Below, one piece after another: positions 63,849 through 64,000 of a stretch of 64,000 nt of DNA. The position numbers were made by a program, and so were the translations under genes. The notes under the pieces were generated by a model. It had not been told where the DNA came from and searched no databases. It worked only from the letters and a program-made list of their open reading frames with translations. Location of the stretch: positions 22,349 to 86,348 of the forward strand of contig CBDBUZ010000007.1 in the NCBI GenBank assembly GCA_965212265.1, written 5' to 3'. Each line of letters opens with the position of its first letter. The first letter of the stretch is position 1. The DNA is from Parasphingopyxis sp. Its GTDB lineage: Bacteria > Pseudomonadota > Alphaproteobacteria > Sphingomonadales > Sphingomonadaceae.

Positions 63849-64000
63849 GTGCGCCCTCTGGCCGTAGTCGAAATTGCAAGGGATGTGCGTGGAGAGCTTC
63901 CGGCGGCAATGCTGGAACGCTTGTATCGGGTCAGTGTGACGGGGGTAGTGTTCTTAGTTTTGACGAAAATCGGTTACGAAGCGGTGGACGAAGCGCTCGA
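63849..64000 (+). CDS. Possible CDS start running off the window
   Basis: AAGGAG RBS then GTG and an open frame to the window end; no recognisable motif. Confidence 0.3.
   Translation, partial: MRPLAVVEIARDVRGELPAAMLERLYRVSVTGVVFLVLTKIGYEAVDEAL

Overview
The window looks like an alphaproteobacterial chromosome, most likely Sphingomonadales (inferred from gene order and protein style). 1-29.4 kb is core genome: mlaD (partial), NDUFA12, DUF192, a dual cold-shock protein, recX, a fatty acyl-AMP ligase, a GGDEF/EAL protein, tRNA-Trp-secE-nusG-rplKA-rplJL, rpoBC, a GT4, PadR, rarA, a TM-helix/MscS-like protein and tRNA-Thr(TGT). A five-gene block separates rplL from rpoB: DUF4956, YjiK/SdiA-regulated, a CotH-like protein, a metallophosphatase and an OMP. 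A ~29 kb island starts at the tRNA-Thr 3' end, bounded by a 21-bp direct repeat (29432-29452 / 58567-58587, 1 mismatch). It has no recognisable integrase and begins with a decayed terminase fragment. Cargo: AraC/DUF2306; DUF2975/XRE/CPBP; an autotransporter-ECF sigma-Ser/Thr kinase module with a stand-alone mimic of the kinase N-terminus; a LysR whose divergent control region is duplicated in inverted orientation; haloalkane dehalogenase-aox-truncated haemoglobin-DUF1971; and MAPEG-LLM monooxygenase-GST-GMC. The strongest unexplained signal is a ~25-30 bp hairpin repeat (GTCCGCTTTCGGCCAAnAGCGGAC), 10 intergenic copies, sitting at cargo-module boundaries and bracketing single genes like cassette sites. 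The window ends in a polysaccharide locus (pyruvyl transferase, sulfotransferase). All family calls come from reading motifs by eye; no searches were run.
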